NCBI RefSeq assembly: GCF_001194135.2
Contig: NC_068985.1
Location: 98,029,623 to 98,064,275 of the forward strand
Reading direction: 5' to 3'
From: Octopus bimaculoides
Lineage: Eukaryota
Length of the DNA stretch: 34,653 nt
Under the pieces are notes generated by a model. That model did not search any database. It saw only the letters and a list, made by a program, of their open reading frames with translations, and had not been told where the DNA came from. The position numbers were made by a program, and so were the translations under genes. Positions 1 to 11,706 of the stretch are shown piece after piece. The stretch's first letter is position 1, and every line of letters begins with the position of its first letter.

Positions 1-237
1 GAAGCTTTTTGCGGTTGTTACGTCAATACCAGAAGTTGACATTGAGGAACCTTTTTGAAGAAGTGAATCTTAAATATAAAGCAATATTATTTATTTTTAA
101 TTAGAAAAATCAAATGAAGAGCTTAAGATTTATCCAAGGTCAAATTATTCATGCATTACAAGTATGGAAGCATTTGGTGAAGTCGATTTCACGTGAAAAG
201 CGATTACACACACATCTCTGTTTTAATATAGTATAGA
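1..237 (-). mobile_element. Possible Helitron-like element 5' end (runs off window)
   Basis: Minus strand reads A|TCTATACTATATTAAAACAGAG at 238/237, resembling the A|TC-TATACTA 5' terminus common to non-autonomous Helitrons. The 3' hairpin/CTRR end is not in the window. Confidence 0.3.
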
Positions 238-337
238 TGACATTGTAGAGTAGGTGTGAGAGACTAAATCTGGTCTGTTTGAACATGAAACAAAATATTT
301 CAGCCAGGTATGGTCGGTTTAAATGCTAAAGGGTTAA
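238..337 (+). mobile_element. piggyBac-like MITE family P1, right half
   Basis: Ends AATGCTAAAGGG|TTAA and aligns by eye with the full copy at 7520-7737. Confidence 0.65.
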
Positions 338-525
338 GTTCCATACACCATCTTAAGGAGTTATGTTACTAAATATTTAATTATTTTCAAAAGTATTGAA
401 ACAAAGACAGTGCATTTAGTTATATCTCAGTCAGTATGGCAATAATAAACCAATGAACTGGTTCTATTTCACTTTACTTAGTCAATTGGTTAATCATTTA
501 ACCAATTAACTCATTGATTGTTTCA

Positions 526-752
526 TTAACCCTTTTGTTACCGTATTTATTTTGAGATGCTCTGTGTTTCTTTCAATCAATTTTAAATATAACAGAGAAT
601 TTAGTGAAATAACTTAGTTATCATTAAGCTAGTGTTAGGGACCTAAATTGTGGCAAGGGTTTGGAAGATTTTAATTCAGAACTTATGAAAACGAGACTTT
701 TGTACTACAGAGCCAGAGGCGGTTTCAGCTGGGCTGGTATCAAAAGGGTTAA
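526..752. mobile_element. piggyBac-like MITE family P2, complete
   Basis: TTAA|CCCTTTTGTTACC ... GGTATCAAAAGGG|TTAA: 12/13 TIR match with TTAA on both sides. Confidence 0.8.
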
Positions 753-845
753 TCACTTGATCAATTAATCAATCAACTGTGTTTGTCAGTCTTTTCATCA
801 CCATTTGAAACCTCATCGATGGCATGAACTCTCTACTCTAGATCT

Positions 846-1153
846 NNNNNNNNNNNNNNNNNNNNNNNNNNNNNNNNNNNNNNNNNNNNNNNNNNNNNNN
901 NNNNNNNNNNNNNNNNNNNNNNNNNNNNNNNNNNNNNNNNNNNNNNNNNNNNNNNNNNNNNNNNNNNNNNNNNNNNNNNNNNNNNNNNNNNNNNNNNNNN
1001 NNNNNNNNNNNNNNNNNNNNNNNNNNNNNNNNNNNNNNNNNNNNNNNNNNNNNNNNNNNNNNNNNNNNNNNNNNNNNNNNNNNNNNNNNNNNNNNNNNNN
1101 NNNNNNNNNNNNNNNNNNNNNNNNNNNNNNNNNNNNNNNNNNNNNNNNNNNNN
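846..1153. other. Assembly gap
   Basis: Run of N. Confidence 1.
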
Positions 1154-1442
1154 GACCCCTTTATATTTCAGGCTTTACCTTAGGGACCCCCTTATAAATG
1201 CTTATGAAATTTATACATAAATATTTGCTTAAAATAACATATATTTTTACATTTATTTATTTAACAGTATTTAACAAATAGGTTTATTGTCAATTAAAAG
1301 ATTTCGATTAAAAAGCATATATAAAATCAAATTGCCCATAAAAAGTATTTGCTGTCAACGGACCCCCTGTCTTGTCCTTGCGGACCCCCTGTCTTGTCCA
1401 CGGACCCCCTGTGGTCCACGGACCACAGTTTGAAAACCCCTG
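1154..1442. mobile_element. hAT (Charlie-like) MITE, one end lost in gap
   Basis: Terminus TTTGAAAACCCCTG (revcomp CAGGGGTTTTCAAA) followed by TTCTAGAG, matching the NTCTAGAN Charlie target preference. Three subterminal GGACCCCCTGT repeats at about 1360-1412. Confidence 0.7.
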
Positions 1443-1446
1443 TTCT

Positions 1447-1620
1447 AGAGATAGCAGTCAAATTTTCTTCAAATTACTCATTATTGTCTTAAAAGGAAGA
1501 ACGCATTCAATAAGGAAGTTCTAAATACAGTGTCCGTCAATTAAAACTTTGGGATAGTCATAACTGGAGCACCTTTGATCACAGGTACACTCAGTCACAG
1601 CTTAATTTGTGCCAAATAAC
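1447..1620 (+). mobile_element. Degraded repeat family E copy
   Basis: Similar by eye to copies at about 5630-5790, 7020-7150 (minus), 17420-17610, 18760-18910 and 23140-23270 (minus). Confidence 0.5.
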
Positions 1621-2309
1621 CTCTACTACTTCAGGTGTGTTTTATTTCTCATAACTTCAAGGAAAATTTATCCACAGCTGATAATATACGCATAAGGTGG
1701 CTGTCCTCTTTCCTCAGTTTTTAACTTCTCAAATATATTTGTCGTACTTTACTGTTTTTCTTTACTCTCTTTATTAAACGACATAGGCTGTTGACGTTTA
1801 TTTGACATGTTGTTGCTACACTTGTGTTAAGGTGTGTGAATAACGATATTTATAGATAGATAATCAGCTGTCTACAACAAGGTGGTTCACACACATACAG
1901 GTACGCACATGTACGCCTATACAGACAAACACATGTGCATGCACATGTAAGCATGTGTACATAGAATACATTTTTTTTATTAAATTATCAAAATAAAATT
2001 ATAGGTGAAGGTTGTTGAGTTGGTTGTTTTGCTCTAACACAGCCATGACTAAAAGTTTTTTATCAAAAGTATTCCATCCATAACTGCCCTACCTTCCTTA
2101 TTGACGCGCTTTATTCATTTTGAAGTACATTATTGAATGTTTCTGTCTATTTCATTTTTTGTGTGTGAAGTGGTATTTTATGATTTTTAAGAGTGATTTG
2201 GTTGCTATTTCTAACGGGTCAAGCAGCCAGCTACAAGTTCCCTCATTGGCTGATGGCTGTAGGTATTTGTTGCTTATCAACTTTTAATGAAGAGCTCTTT
2301 CATCAGGCT

Positions 2310-2495
2310 TAATTATTTTCAACACCAGCAAATTTAGAGATAGGAGTTGAATTGATTACATTCTACCCCACTGCTCAGCTAGTACTTAATTTACCTACCC
2401 TGAAGGAATGAAAAGCAAAGTAAATCTCAGCAGAATTTGAACTCAGAGTGTAGCAAATCTGCTAAGTATTTTGGTTATGTATTAATGATTCTGCT
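2310..2495 (-). mobile_element. SINE family B, degraded
   Basis: Contains GAATGAAAAGCAAAGTAAATCTCAGCAGAATTTGAACTCAG, a diverged reverse of the family B core/B-box. Confidence 0.65.
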
Positions 2496-2544
2496 TTCAT
2501 CAGATAAAATACCTATGGCCATCTCATATTTTGGAATGTCTTTT

Positions 2545-2996
2545 ATCATTGGACTTGCAGCTATGTTGTGGTACTGCCTTGAGGGGTTTAGTGGGACCAA
2601 TTAACCCCACCGCTTTTTTTTTTTTTTAAACTTGGTCCTTTTCTATCAGTCTCTTTTGCTGGATCCCTAAGTTACAGGGACACAAACAAATCAGCACCAA
2701 TTGTCAAGCAGTGATGGTGGGGCTACACACACACACACACAAGCCCCCACCTCCATGCGCACACACACACTAGCGTAGCTAAGGTGTGTGCCGCCTGGGG
2801 TGGCCCTTCCGTTGGCCACTCCCGGACCCCACAGAAAGCAGATATTGCTTACAGTAGACCCGAAGATGTCGCCCTTTTTTAAAATTGCCACCTGGGGAAG
2901 ACCACCCCTACCACCTCCCACCTAGCACAAAAGGGAGTTTTTTCAGTTTCTGCTACTAAATCTATTCACAAGGTCTTGGTGATCCCAGAGTTATAA
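2545..2996 (-). mobile_element. SINE family A (3' two-thirds) interrupted by a GC-rich MITE-like insert at about 2770-2925
   Basis: Reverse family A tail, core and (AC)n linker. The insert starts CTAGCGTAGCTAAGG and carries GCCGCCTGGGG/GCCACCTGGGG repeats. Confidence 0.55.
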
Positions 2997-3110
2997 ATGA
3001 AAGCCCTTTACTAAGGCTCCACTCTATGGTCTTAAGTTCAGTTCCCATGCAGTACCTTGGACAAGTGTCTTTTATTATAGCCCCGGGTTGGTCAAAGCCT
3101 TTTGAATGGA
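2997..3110 (+). mobile_element. SINE family A 5' fragment
   Basis: AGTTCAGTTCCCATGCAGTACCTTGGACAAGTGTCTTTTATTATAGCC matches the family A B-box and downstream segment. Confidence 0.6.
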
Positions 3111-3234
3111 ATAACTAAATTCTCCAATGGGCCTTTGTTTTCAAAACAGTAGGGTGTGATTGGATGGAGCTTTTACTTTCTATTTTTAGCAAGTTGAGCA
3201 ACCATGTAAAAGTTCAACCATTGACATGCAAGGG

Positions 3235-3255
3235 NNNNNNNNNNNNNNNNNNNNN
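3235..3255. other. Assembly gap inside a poly-G run
   Basis: Run of N flanked by G. Confidence 1.
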
Positions 3256-4009
3256 GGGGGGGGGGGGTAGTAACGTCTGTGAGGATAAAAGGTGTTTGAG
3301 TTTTAAAAGGAGTTAATTAACAAGTTGCACCATTAACAATCTTATCCTGATTGTATTCTGTTGGAACTGCCAACTTTGCTGAATTTGAATATTGTCAGTA
3401 GTAGAAGCTTGTTTCCATTGTGTCCCCACTCCCCTTAATATTGGCAGTGGTGAAGAGGGATCTTCCATTAACCCCTCCTGCCTTGTCATCCCCCTCTAAA
3501 TATCAATAATTAGTGAAAAATCTTTTGCTGAATAAGAATTATGAAAGGAGATGATTGTTTGCCAAGTTGCCTTCTCTCTCAGTTTATAAAAGATAAGCTA
3601 TCAGAGAAATAGGTAAATGGAACAATGAATATGAACATTATTATTATCTTTATGGACATATTGTAAACCGAATTTTACAGGCATGTATAAGCTTTTATTA
3701 AACCAGCTGCTCTAATATACATGGTAGCATTCTATATTAAATTTTAATAGTACACTTTGATCTTAGCGAAAAGGCTGAGAAGCAATATTAAATATTAATA
3801 GTAATAATGTTAGTCACATTTTAAGGCACAAAAATACATGCATGCATACACATTGAGGTAGAAACACAATGGGCAAACAATATTTGCTGCAGAAATGCAT
3901 ACATACTCACAAATGGCATACACAAGCATATACTTCTATTTGTGTGTAGTATTTTTAGACTGGGTATAACATCACTTTATAAAAAGTGGCAATAAAGGTA
4001 ATTGCTTTT

Positions 4010-4135
4010 GTCATCATCATCGTTATTTTAATGTCTGCTTTTCCATTGTGTATGGGTCAGATGGAATTTATTGAAGAAGGTTGTCCACAGCCAGATTCCT
4101 GTACTGTCACTAACCCTCACCTGTTTCCAAGTAAG
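4010..4135 (-). mobile_element. Family D (GAT)n-tailed retroposon fragment
   Basis: CATCATCATCGTTATTTTAATGTCTGCTTTTCCAT is the reverse of the family D tail. Confidence 0.6.
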
Positions 4136-4294
4136 AGAATATTTTTTCATGACCAGGCATATTTTCATGAAAGATTGGCAGCAAAGGACAAAGGACACCA
4201 AATACTACTTGCATGACGGGACACTTGTTTGCAGCTATTATGCAATGTCAAAACAAAGAGGCAGTAACACTTGTGTGCACATGCATGTGCATGT

Positions 4295-4665
4295 GCTCAC
4301 TCACACACACACACAATGGGTTTCTTTCAGTTTCTGTCTGCCAAATCCACTTACAAGTTGGGCACATTGGGAAAATATCTTCTACTATAGGCCTTGGCTG
4401 AACAGTGCTTTGCAAGTGAATTTGGTGAATGGAAACTATGAAAGCCCATTGTATATATGTGTGTATATGTGTGTTTGTTGCCCTACAAGGGACCTGACAA
4501 TTGGTGTTGGTTTGTTTACCTCCTTTAACATTAGCAGTTTTGTATAAGAGACCAATATGTACCAGACTAAAAAACATAAGTGCTGGGTTTAATTTATTTG
4601 ACTAAAACCATTCAAGATAGTACCCCAGCATGGTTGCACTCCAATGACTGAAACAAGTAAAAGAT
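4295..4665. mobile_element. Head-to-head SINE family A pair (minus fragment about 4295-4358; plus copy about 4359-4665)
   Basis: Reverse core TTTCAGTTTCTGTCTGCCAAATCCACTTACAAG is followed directly by a forward copy ending GACTGAAACAAGTAAAAGA. Confidence 0.7.
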
Positions 4666-5275
4666 AAAAGATTTGATAGTTCTGTCCTGGATATACAAAA
4701 AGACTGGCTGTGAAGGCTGGAATATCTTTGGTGCTAGGTTTACTGTAATGGTGTTCATCTGCTCTAATGAGATTGATTGGCTGTTAGACAATAACTAAAT
4801 TGTTATTGAACATTAACTTTCTTTTATATTTGCCACAATTTAAATTGATACTTGTATAGTTAGTGGTGTCTCTGTATTTTATAATAGATTGTGACTAAAT
4901 TAATTAGCTGAAAAGTATTTTTCCATGCTAAAAAAGTATTTTTCCATGTTATCTCAGTAGATTAAAAGTGATATAACACTAATAAACAAAAGAACGAAGG
5001 GGTAACGTATACACAAAAATATATCTTAGTAAGACTGAACTGTAGATGTGTAAAGATGCTATACCATAGATTTCAATATGAACCTGACAAAAATTAATGT
5101 CTTCTAAATTCCAAAAGACTTTCATTATCATGCTTCTATTGAATTACTTTAACCTTATTTCAATTAATTTTGGAAATAATAAAGAACTTAGAAAAATAAC
5201 TTTATTGTTATTAAGCTGATGTTTGGAACATAAACTAACATGAAGTTTTGATGGAAGGTTTTCATTCAGATTGCT

Positions 5276-5500
5276 TTAACTGTTTCGTATTTAAGCGGGC
5301 CAAACCTATCCCAAATATTCTAGCTGTTTTGTGTTCAATCTAGCCAGATCTGGCCTCTCACACCAACCCTATAATATCATTCTAAAGATTAAGTTACCTC
5401 ATCAATATCTCAAAGCTACAAGATAATGCATGATTAATCCAAAGCATGTGAATAAATAAGCTTTATGTTTGATAGAATAATCTGAAGACTAAAGGGTTAA
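5276..5500 (-). mobile_element. piggyBac-like MITE P1, complete but diverged
   Basis: TTAA at both ends, AAAGGG|TTAA terminus, reverse of 7520-7737. Confidence 0.7.
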
Positions 5501-6109
5501 ACCGGAAATTTGTATCATAGAATCGGGGATGGTCACTGGTGGGTTGGTTTCAAATAGATTATAAGCCAATGTTTCCATTTGATTTTATGGTGTGAAACAG
5601 ATGTGGTAAATGAGCAGCTTGTGGCTTCTGCTGTCACTCAACATGTTAAAAATAATCAAATATCCTTCAAATTACTCTATCTTAAATGGGGCCCTTCTTA
5701 CCCTTAATATAAAGGAATGTTCACATTGGAATGTCTTTGATTATCTGCTTGATCAGGTTGCTTTGAGGCTAAGCAAGAGCAATAAACAGCAGCCTCTCAA
5801 CAGAAAGATTCATCATAGACATTCTCAGCCATAGCAGCCAGTTAAACTGAGGTGATGTAGTAAAAAGTACCCATCACAGAAACAATGACTCCTGCAGAAC
5901 ACATAACATTTTAATTTGTTCATTGTTACAACAGTTAATCTAAACTTGAATGACAATTAGCTCAGTGACTGTCACATAAGCATCATTGCTTACATCTGCA
6001 AAAACCTGAGTAGGGACATTACTTATACAGTGTGCACACGATTTCAACACTGCAGAAAGGTAAACACACACACATGCACATTCACCCTTGTATGCATACA
6101 CGTGTTTCT

Positions 6110-6325
6110 TATTTCTTTATTGCCCACAAGGGGCTAAACATAGAAGGGACAAACAAGGACAGACAAAGGTAGTAAGTCGATTACATCGACTCCAGTGCGT
6201 AACTGGTATTTAGTTTATCGTCCCTGAAAGGATGAAAGGCAAAGTCGACCTCAGTGGAATTTGAACTCATAACGTAGCGGCAGACGAAATACCACTAAGC
6301 ATTTCGTCTAACGTTTCTGCCAGCT
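6110..6325 (-). mobile_element. SINE family B with Tx1-like 3' tail and 17-bp TSD
   Basis: TGCATACACGTGTTTCT at 6093-6109 and 6326-6342. Core GAAAGGATGAAAGGCAAAGTCGACC. Minus-strand tail TATGTTTAGCCCCTTGTGGGCAATAAAGAAATAA. Confidence 0.9.
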
Positions 6326-7519
6326 TGCATACACGTGTTTCTGTGTGTGTATACCATGTACATGGCAGGCTTCCTACAGTTTCCATATACCAATTCCACT
6401 TACAAGGCATTGGTCAAACCAAGGCCATAGTAGAAAACACTTGCCCATGGTCCCATGCATGTCTCAAATGTTCAATTTGTCCCTATCTTCCAAGTCAGTT
6501 ATTTTGAGCATGTTGAGTAACCTTATTGAGGCACCTTGTTTACTTCTCTCTCTTAGAACTTGTTTTATCAACAGGTAGTTATTTCAACAATTCTGGATTG
6601 ATCAGATAAACTGGATCCGGGTGAGGATTTGAACTGAAAGCGTTAAAGGGGTTTACTAAATACCTCAAGGTATTTTTTGCCTACTGCTCTACCAATTTTG
6701 CTAGAACTCCACAAAAAAAGGTAAAAAAAATAAATAGATAAATGGCAGGCCTCTTTTAAAAAAAATGTTTCTCTAATTTATTATCTCTTGTCACATGATA
6801 ACCTTATATTCTTCACTTTGTTCTGATTTACAACTCCTGTCATGAGATGTTTATCTCATTGCTGTCAGATGCACTTATATTAAGGACAGTCAAGGTGACC
6901 CTAAAACTTGCCCTCCTTTGATGATACCCCATGTAATGTTTACAGAGGATTGGAATCATTGCAAGAGTAGCCTTGATATGCAAGAAATAGCTGCTACACC
7001 TCCATCAAGGCACATCTTACTGTTTTTTGTCTTTCTCTAAATAAAAAGGATGGAATATATTGGATAAATGTAGATGGGTACAGATTGTCTGAAATGACAG
7101 TCATATCTGGAATGTCTTGGATCATGGTTGACCTGAGGCCAAACAGCTTGTGATTTTCAGTGACCTATCTCTTATCTGTTTTAATTCACCTCCAGTAATC
7201 GCAAAAATATCTGTTTGGCAAAAGAGATGATAGTGTTAAACCTTTCATAACCATACTTCCAAAGTAATGCACTGCCTTTTGAAAATAGTGAGGAATTTAG
7301 TAAAATAACTTTGTCATTGTTAAGCTGATGTCTTGGAACATGAATTAAGATGAAATGATGAGGGAAAGTTTTTAATTAAAATCACTTTACATCAAGAAGT
7401 TTGCATCGTAGAAACAGGGTTAGTCTCAGGTGGATTGGTACCAAAAGTGTGAAACTGCCAAAACCCAAACGAATTGATAGACAGATGAAGGCTATGGACC
7501 AGAGATAGCAAAGTCTCTG

Positions 7520-7737
7520 TTAATCCTTTGGTATTTAGATTACTCTGTCATATGAAATGCTTATCTATTCACATTGTTATGTATTAATCTTGTAATTCTG
7601 AGATTTTGATGGTGTGATTGTTTATTTTTAGAATGATATTGTAGGTTAGGTGTAAGAGGTCAAATCTGGTCAGTTTGAACATAAAACGGGTCAAATATTT
7701 GGGCCTGATATGGCTGGTTTGAATGCTATGGGGTTAA
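7520..7737 (+). mobile_element. piggyBac-like MITE P1, complete
   Basis: TTAATCCTTTGGTATT ... AATGCTATGGGGTTAA: degenerate TIRs with TTAA at both ends. Confidence 0.75.
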
Positions 7738-7931
7738 ACAATGGCTAAGGCTAGGGTTAAATTTGTAATGATTTTTTTTCTATATGGATATGAAATTTCT
7801 GTTGCATGGAAATGAAAAGTAGGAATTATAATGTTCATGCATTTACCAGACTTCTTATTAATCCTTTCATTTGGTGTAAGGGACACTATTTGCATTTCAA
7901 GTAGGCTGTAAAAATATTTGCATTAAAGATT

Positions 7932-8241
7932 CTTTTCTTTTCGCACTTTTAAAGCCTAGCCAGGCTCATGGGCCCGGTCTCCCGGTTTCTATGGCATATG
8001 TGTTCCCCCCAGCTGGATGGGACGCCAGTCCATAGCAGCGTTACTCAAGAAACAGGAAGAAAGAGTGAGAGAAAGTTGGGCGAAAGAGTACAACAGGGGA
8101 TGTCACCACCCCTTGCCAGAGCCTCGTGGAGCTTTTGATATTTACGCTCAATAAACACACACAACGCCAGGTCTGGGAATCGAAACCACGATCCTCTGAC
8201 TGCGAGTCCGCTGCCCCAACCACTGGGCCATTGCGCCTCCA
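7932..8241 (-). mobile_element. Young tRNA-derived SINE family C, full length with 11-bp TSD
   Basis: A-box TGGCCCAGTGG and B-box GTTTCGATTCC on the minus strand, CpGs retained. CATTAAAGATT at 7921-7931 and 8242-8252. Confidence 0.9.
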
Positions 8242-8539
8242 CATTAAAGATTAGTAAAATAAAATTTGTCTATTAACTATCTGAAAATGTCATTTAGCTA
8301 TAACAGTGCCTCATGATGGGGTCACTGGTCTATGGAGTCAATAAACAAAACCTTCATCCATAACTTCTATTTGTAATTAGACTAATCAAATATTTCTTAT
8401 CTTACTTGGGAAACAAACCATGCATGGCCAATGAGAATTATCTGATTACATTTTAGCACCCTGTTCCATTAAAGTTTGGATTCATTTTCATTCACAAATA
8501 TGAAATTGCATATGATGCAACATATAAAAGTATACAAGT

Positions 8540-8903
8540 ACAGGTGAGGCTGTCGGGGATTAAGAAACTTGCTTCCCAGTCATGTCATCTTAGGTGCAGC
8601 ACCTTGGGCATATGTCTTCTACTATAGCCTCAGGTTGACTAAATCCTTGGGAGTGGATTTGGTAGATGTGTACCCTTGTCTAGTCATCAATCGGTAGTTG
8701 CAACGAGCATCATCATGATAGAAATGAGTTTGTTCGTTTCCAGTCTATTGTGAAAAACGTTTCTAGCAATATCACTTTGCATAGAAACAGTTGAGGGTTG
8801 GCAACAGGAAAGGCATCTGACTGTAGAGAATCTATTTCAACAAATTCCATCTGATCCTTGCAAACATGGATAAGGGCATGTTAAATGATGATGATGATGA
8901 TGA
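8540..8903 (+). mobile_element. SINE family A 5' half (about 8540-8668) followed by family D copy with (GAT)n tail (about 8690-8903)
   Basis: CACCTTGGGCATATGTCTTCTACTATAGCC; GGTTGGCAACAGGAAAGGCATC...GTTAAATGATGATGATG. Confidence 0.65.
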
Positions 8904-9704
8904 TTAGTTAAGAGGTAGTTGAAGTGGTCAGTTAACTACACTTTCTCTCACGTCATACAGCTTCCACTCTACTTACCCTAGCCTTCCATACTACTTACAC
9001 CATCCTACTCTGGCTCCTCTTTCTCTTTCACTTTATATCCACTTATCGGTATTATTCCACTTTATCTCTCAATTTCCCCATTTTACAGTTTGGTTTCCTA
9101 TAAGACTACAAATATTTGATTTCACTTTTACCTCAAAATATGAAACGTATTCTGCTGCTTGAATTGAATTTTTTTTTATTTCTATGAATTTATCCTACAG
9201 GGCAAAAAAAAAAAAAAAAAAAATTAGATTAATCAAATTAATGTTTTGAAATTGAAAAATTGAAGCTATTTGGGGTTGGTGTATTCTTAATGACTCATTC
9301 TCTAACAACTCAATAATCCAACTCCACAACTGTGGTGTGGACAATGTGTCACTGCAGAAGGGGACCTTAGTTGTGGGGCAACTGTCACAAATGTGAGGTT
9401 AAACTAAGTTGATGAATCAGTTTATTAATGTCTTAACTGTGTATCTTGGCAACCACAGCAAGGTTTCAAACAAGAAGTATAATGATAGCTATGATTTGTT
9501 GTCTGTAGAAAACAGGGTTATCATGTGACTTCATTGTAATGATGTTTAGCATTTTGATAGCATCAGATAACAGGATTGCTTGAATGTGCAATAAATTTCA
9601 TGTGTGATTCGTCTGTTGTTATTGACTAGGCTATATCGTAAATTGCATTAACGATACTGAATTGACAGAATTGGTAGATTGGTGGATAGAATATCTTATA
9701 CTTA

Positions 9705-10244
9705 GTAATGTATCTTTGTTCTGAGGTCAAGTCTTGGTGAGTTCAGTGTTGCAGTTCATGTCTGTATGGTAAGAAGTTTGCTTTCCAGCCATATCTTGGG
9801 CAAGTGTCTTCTACTATAGCTGTGGTCTGACCAAAGCCGTGTGAGTGGATTTGGTAGATGGAAACTGAAAGAAGCCTGTCATATATATATATACATCTGT
9901 GGTGTGTGTGTCATTGTGTCTGTCCCCTGCCACCACTTAACAACTGGTGTTAGTTTGTTTACATTCCCTGTAACTGAGCAGTTTGGTAAAGGAGCACCAG
10001 GTTTTTCAAAAAGTAAGGTAAATTTAATTACCATCTCACTTCCATTCAATAAAAGAAAAAAAAATTATGAGGCCTTGTCAGTTATTATATCAAGGGTCTC
10101 ATAGTATCCCCTGTATCAATCAACGAATGACAAAAAGGGGAAGTTATGTAATCACTTTCATTACCCTACAACATTTTCTGCTGTAAGAATCTATTGCAGT
10201 CAGTTGAATGCTCAGCTGACATCTTATGTCCTCTTCAGAGCCAT
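9705..10244 (+). repeat. Source copy of a 540-bp local duplication (contains an old family A SINE)
   Basis: Matches 13620-14160 apart from one substitution and one poly-A length difference seen by eye. Confidence 0.95.
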
Positions 10245-10535
10245 TTAGATAAAGCTTATGCTTATTGTGGAAAACGTTTAATTACGCAGTTGATAACCTG
10301 TAAAACCTTGTGTGATATAATATATAATCCAATACAGTTTGGGGGTGAAAAACCCTACGTAGGTACTTGTATGCTGATAAATATATACGTATTTTTAAAC
10401 CAGAACACCTCCCACACTACACTCACACATACACTCTCAGAGAAATATAAACAGGCACCCACATGTGTGTGTGTCCCCTTATATATACACATGTATTGAG
10501 ACATGCATGCAAGTACAATGACATGTATGTATGTA

Positions 10536-10566
<31 letters not shown>

Positions 10567-10693
10567 GTAAACACACACATACATATACGTTGGTGTATAG
10601 AGACTTGTTTACAGAGATATACAAAGGTACACATACATTCACATTGCCTTAAATTGATCATACATTATCTGATGGCGTCAAGATTTTGATGAT

Positions 10694-10970
10694 GATCATC
10701 ATCGTTTAACGTCCGCTTTCCATGCTAGCATGGGTTGGACGATTTGACTGAGGACTGGTGAAACCGGATGGCAACACCAGGCTCCAATCTAAATTTGGCA
10801 GAGTTTCTACAGCTGAATGCCCTTCCTAACGCCAGCCACTCAGATGTGATTGTATATTTTTAGAATGGTATTGTCGGATAAGTATGAGAAGTCAGATCTG
10901 GCTGGTTTGTGTACAAAGCCGGTAGAATATCTTGGGTCAGATATGGTTGGTTTGAATGCTAAAGGGTTAA
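10694..10970. mobile_element. Family D fragment (minus, about 10694-10845) abutting P1 MITE right half (about 10846-10970)
   Basis: CATCATCGTTTAACGTCCGCTTTCCATGCTAGCATGGG; ends AATGCTAAAGGGTTAA. Confidence 0.75.
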
Positions 10971-11020
10971 TAAATATGTGTTTCAATACAAACACATATA
11001 GGTACAAATATACATCAATA

Positions 11021-11189
11021 TACCGTATTTTAATGTGTGGATAAGGAACTCCCTAAGTTTTGGGGGCTTAAAATTTTGGAAAAAGGTTTTGTAAGGGATT
11101 ATAGTACTATTCATGTATAAGAAGCTCCCATACTTTTTAAACCTAATTTTTGACTAAAAAGGGTTTCTTATACACATTAAAATACGGTA
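11021..11189. mobile_element. Tc1/mariner (Tigger/pogo-like) MITE
   Basis: TACCGTATTTTAATGTGT ... ACACATTAAAATACGGTA: 18-bp perfect inverted termini including TA. Confidence 0.85.
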
Positions 11190-11706
11190 TATTTGTAGAA
11201 GCATGAGTACAGATGTATAAATTAGACACTTGGACATACACACAACTGCATTGGCTTAGCTACAAGTGTATGGTGACACAAATAGGCTAATGGACATATG
11301 CAAAATTCCTTCTTCATTCTGTCTTTTACAGTTATGACCCACTAAAAGCTTTCTACCACATCTGAAGAACAGCTGTATTCATCTCTAAGGTTGTTATGTT
11401 TGGCTATGCCATGTCAGGAAATGTAAAATATTTTTACTCCATATTCCTATTTAATTCTGTCAATAACTTGGAGAAACAAAGGCTTTTCTACCAATTATGG
11501 CTCTCTAAAAAATCTCTATTTTCTTCATGCTTGTGTCTAGCTGAAGGAAACAACTGTATTCAACTTGAATATCACCAACCTATAAAGACATCTGTATCAA
11601 GGATGTTGAATTCAAATTAGCAGACAAGATTGTGTAAATGTTACCAGTTTAGCATATATTGCATGGTCTGTTTCAAATGTTGCAGAGGATGTATTTTGTA
11701 TAAGAG

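Noticed and set aside
805-1197. ORFs spanning N gaps (also 12768-13386 and 25374-25802)
   Set aside because: Open only because N translates as X.
1931-1948. 18-bp palindrome ACATGTGCATGCACATGT
   Set aside because: Arises easily in the degenerate (CA/TG) low-complexity tracts common in this genome.
3583-3612. 30-nt segment with good acceptor and GTAAAT donor (FIKDKLSEK*)
   Set aside because: Stops in all three frames. A poison exon cannot be supported without a host gene.
3986-4216. 76-aa ORF with a signal-peptide-like N-terminus (MAIKVIAFVIIIVILMSAFPL)
   Set aside because: The hydrophobic stretch comes from the antisense (CAT)n tail and body of a family D repeat; non-ATG start.
8170-8241. 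tRNA-like A/B boxes
   Set aside because: SINE head inside a TSD-bounded retroposon; no complete cloverleaf, so not a tRNA gene.
9841-10104. Near-identical ORFs at 9841 and 13756
   Set aside because: SINE-derived frame duplicated with the 540-bp segment; not a gene family.
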